Assembly: GCA_039190745.1 (NCBI GenBank)
Contig: JBCCXZ010000072.1
Location: forward strand, 1 to 16,564
Length of the DNA stretch: 16,564 bases
Reading direction: 5' to 3'
Origin: Planctomycetota bacterium
GTDB lineage: Bacteria; Planctomycetota; Planctomycetia; Pirellulales; Lacipirellulaceae
In this document: positions 15,630 through 16,564 of the stretch, piece by piece
Position numbering within the stretch: position 1 is the first letter of the stretch
How the letters are laid out: every line of letters starts with the position of its first letter
Position numbers and translations under genes: made by a program
Notes under the pieces: model-generated
The model's input: the letters and a program-made list of their open reading frames with translations, nothing else
Told to the model about the DNA's origin: nothing
The model's database searches: none

Positions 15630-16564
15630 AATCCCCAACCACCACCACACAAATCGGCGAAGGCACAAACACCGACCCGTGCGTCTGATACGCCAGCTCG
15701 CCCGTCTTGCCGTCGACCGCAAACACCGTCAGCGTGTTGCTATCCCGCCCCGCCGCCAATAACCAACGGCCCGTCGGGTCGAGATTAAAGTTCCGCGGCC
15801 AGCTCCCGCGGATCGGCTCGTTCTCCACGTGGGCGAGCGTGCCGTCCTGCGGGTCGATGCGGAACACGCTCACTGTGTCGTTGCCCCGGTTCGCCGTGTA
15901 GAGGAACCGTCCGCTCGGGTGCATACGCACCTCCGAGGCGCTGTTGAACCCCTCTTTCGCCTTCGCCGATTCGGGCAGCGTCTCGATCGTCTGCACGGTC
16001 GCCATCGTGCCCGCGTCGGCGTCGTACCCGAACACGGTCACCGACAGGATGAGCTCGTTCAGCACGTAAGCGAACCGCCCGTCGGGCGAGAACTTCATGT
16101 GCCGCGGCCCGCCGCCCGGCGGCGTCTCCGCGTAGCCGTGCTCAGAAAGCTTCGCCGCCTCCGTATCGAGCCGATAGATCAGCACCCGGTCGGCGCCCAA
16201 GTCCGGCACGAACACAAACCGGTTGTCCGGTGAGGTGCCCACCCAGTGCGGGTGCGGCGCCTCCTGGCGGCTGGCCAAAACGCCCGAGGCGTGGCTGTGC
16301 TCAGCCAAGTGCGACCGCGGCCCGATCGATCCGTCCTCTCCCAACGGGAAAACGGCGACCGACCCCCCGCCGTACTGCGCGGTCATCAGCACCTTGCCGC
16401 TGCGGTCGGTCGCCAAGTGCGCCGCCCCGCCGTCGCCGACCGGCTGCGACCCCATCGGCTGCAGCCGCGGACGCCCGTCCACCCGCTCCACGCGGAACGC
16501 CGACACCGACGGTTCGCCCCTGACGTTCCCCACCGAGTACAGCACCGCCCCGCCGGGGTGCATG
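15628..16564 (-). CDS. pgl: 6-phosphogluconolactonase-like lactonase (cycloisomerase 2 family beta-propeller), 3' part
   Basis: AQYGGGSVAVF, RQEAPHPH, VPDLGADRV, GGGPRHMKF, YVLNEL, SEVRMHPSGRFLYTANRG and GSWPRNFNLDPTG. The reading frame is open to the window end. Confidence 0.88.
   Translation of the reverse strand, partial: MHPGGAVLYSVGNVRGEPSVSAFRVERVDGRPRLQPMGSQPVGDGGAAHLATDRSGKVLMTAQYGGGSVAVFPLGEDGSIGPRSHLAEHSHASGVLASRQEAPHPHWVGTSPDNRFVFVPDLGADRVLIYRLDTEAAKLSEHGYAETPPGGGPRHMKFSPDGRFAYVLNELILSVTVFGYDADAGTMATVQTIETLPESAKAKEGFNSASEVRMHPSGRFLYTANRGNDTVSVFRIDPQDGTLAHVENEPIRGSWPRNFNLDPTGRWLLAAGRDSNTLTVFAVDGKTGELAYQTHGSVFVPSPICVVVVGD

Overview
GC-rich bacterial chromosomal window, probably from a planctomycete (inferred from the PEP-CTERM gene, codon style and gene repertoire). 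The housekeeping backbone is the 5' part of aconitase acnA (minus strand, missing from the ORF track), an Nramp-like transporter, a ClC-CBS chloride transporter, serC-serA, rpmE-prfA-prmC and the 3' part of a 6-phosphogluconolactonase. Small accessory modules are interspersed: a small-protein/clan AA aspartic protease pair, a PEP-CTERM protein, cupin-alkD, a higBA toxin-antitoxin pair with a clear palindromic operator, and an orphan lower-GC gene. The most unusual signal is a set of intergenic inverted repeats whose arms are short-period tandem repeats, with a purine-rich left arm and a pyrimidine-rich right arm. One copy (15058-15629) has two nested arm pairs around the orphan gene, is bounded by TTAA at the two flanking stop codons, and its cargo shows an integron-cassette-like core-site pair. 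A second copy between prfA and prmC has the same arms around three small hairpins instead of a gene. This suggests a non-autonomous repeat-bounded cargo element. No transposase or integrase is encoded in the window, so mobility is inference only.
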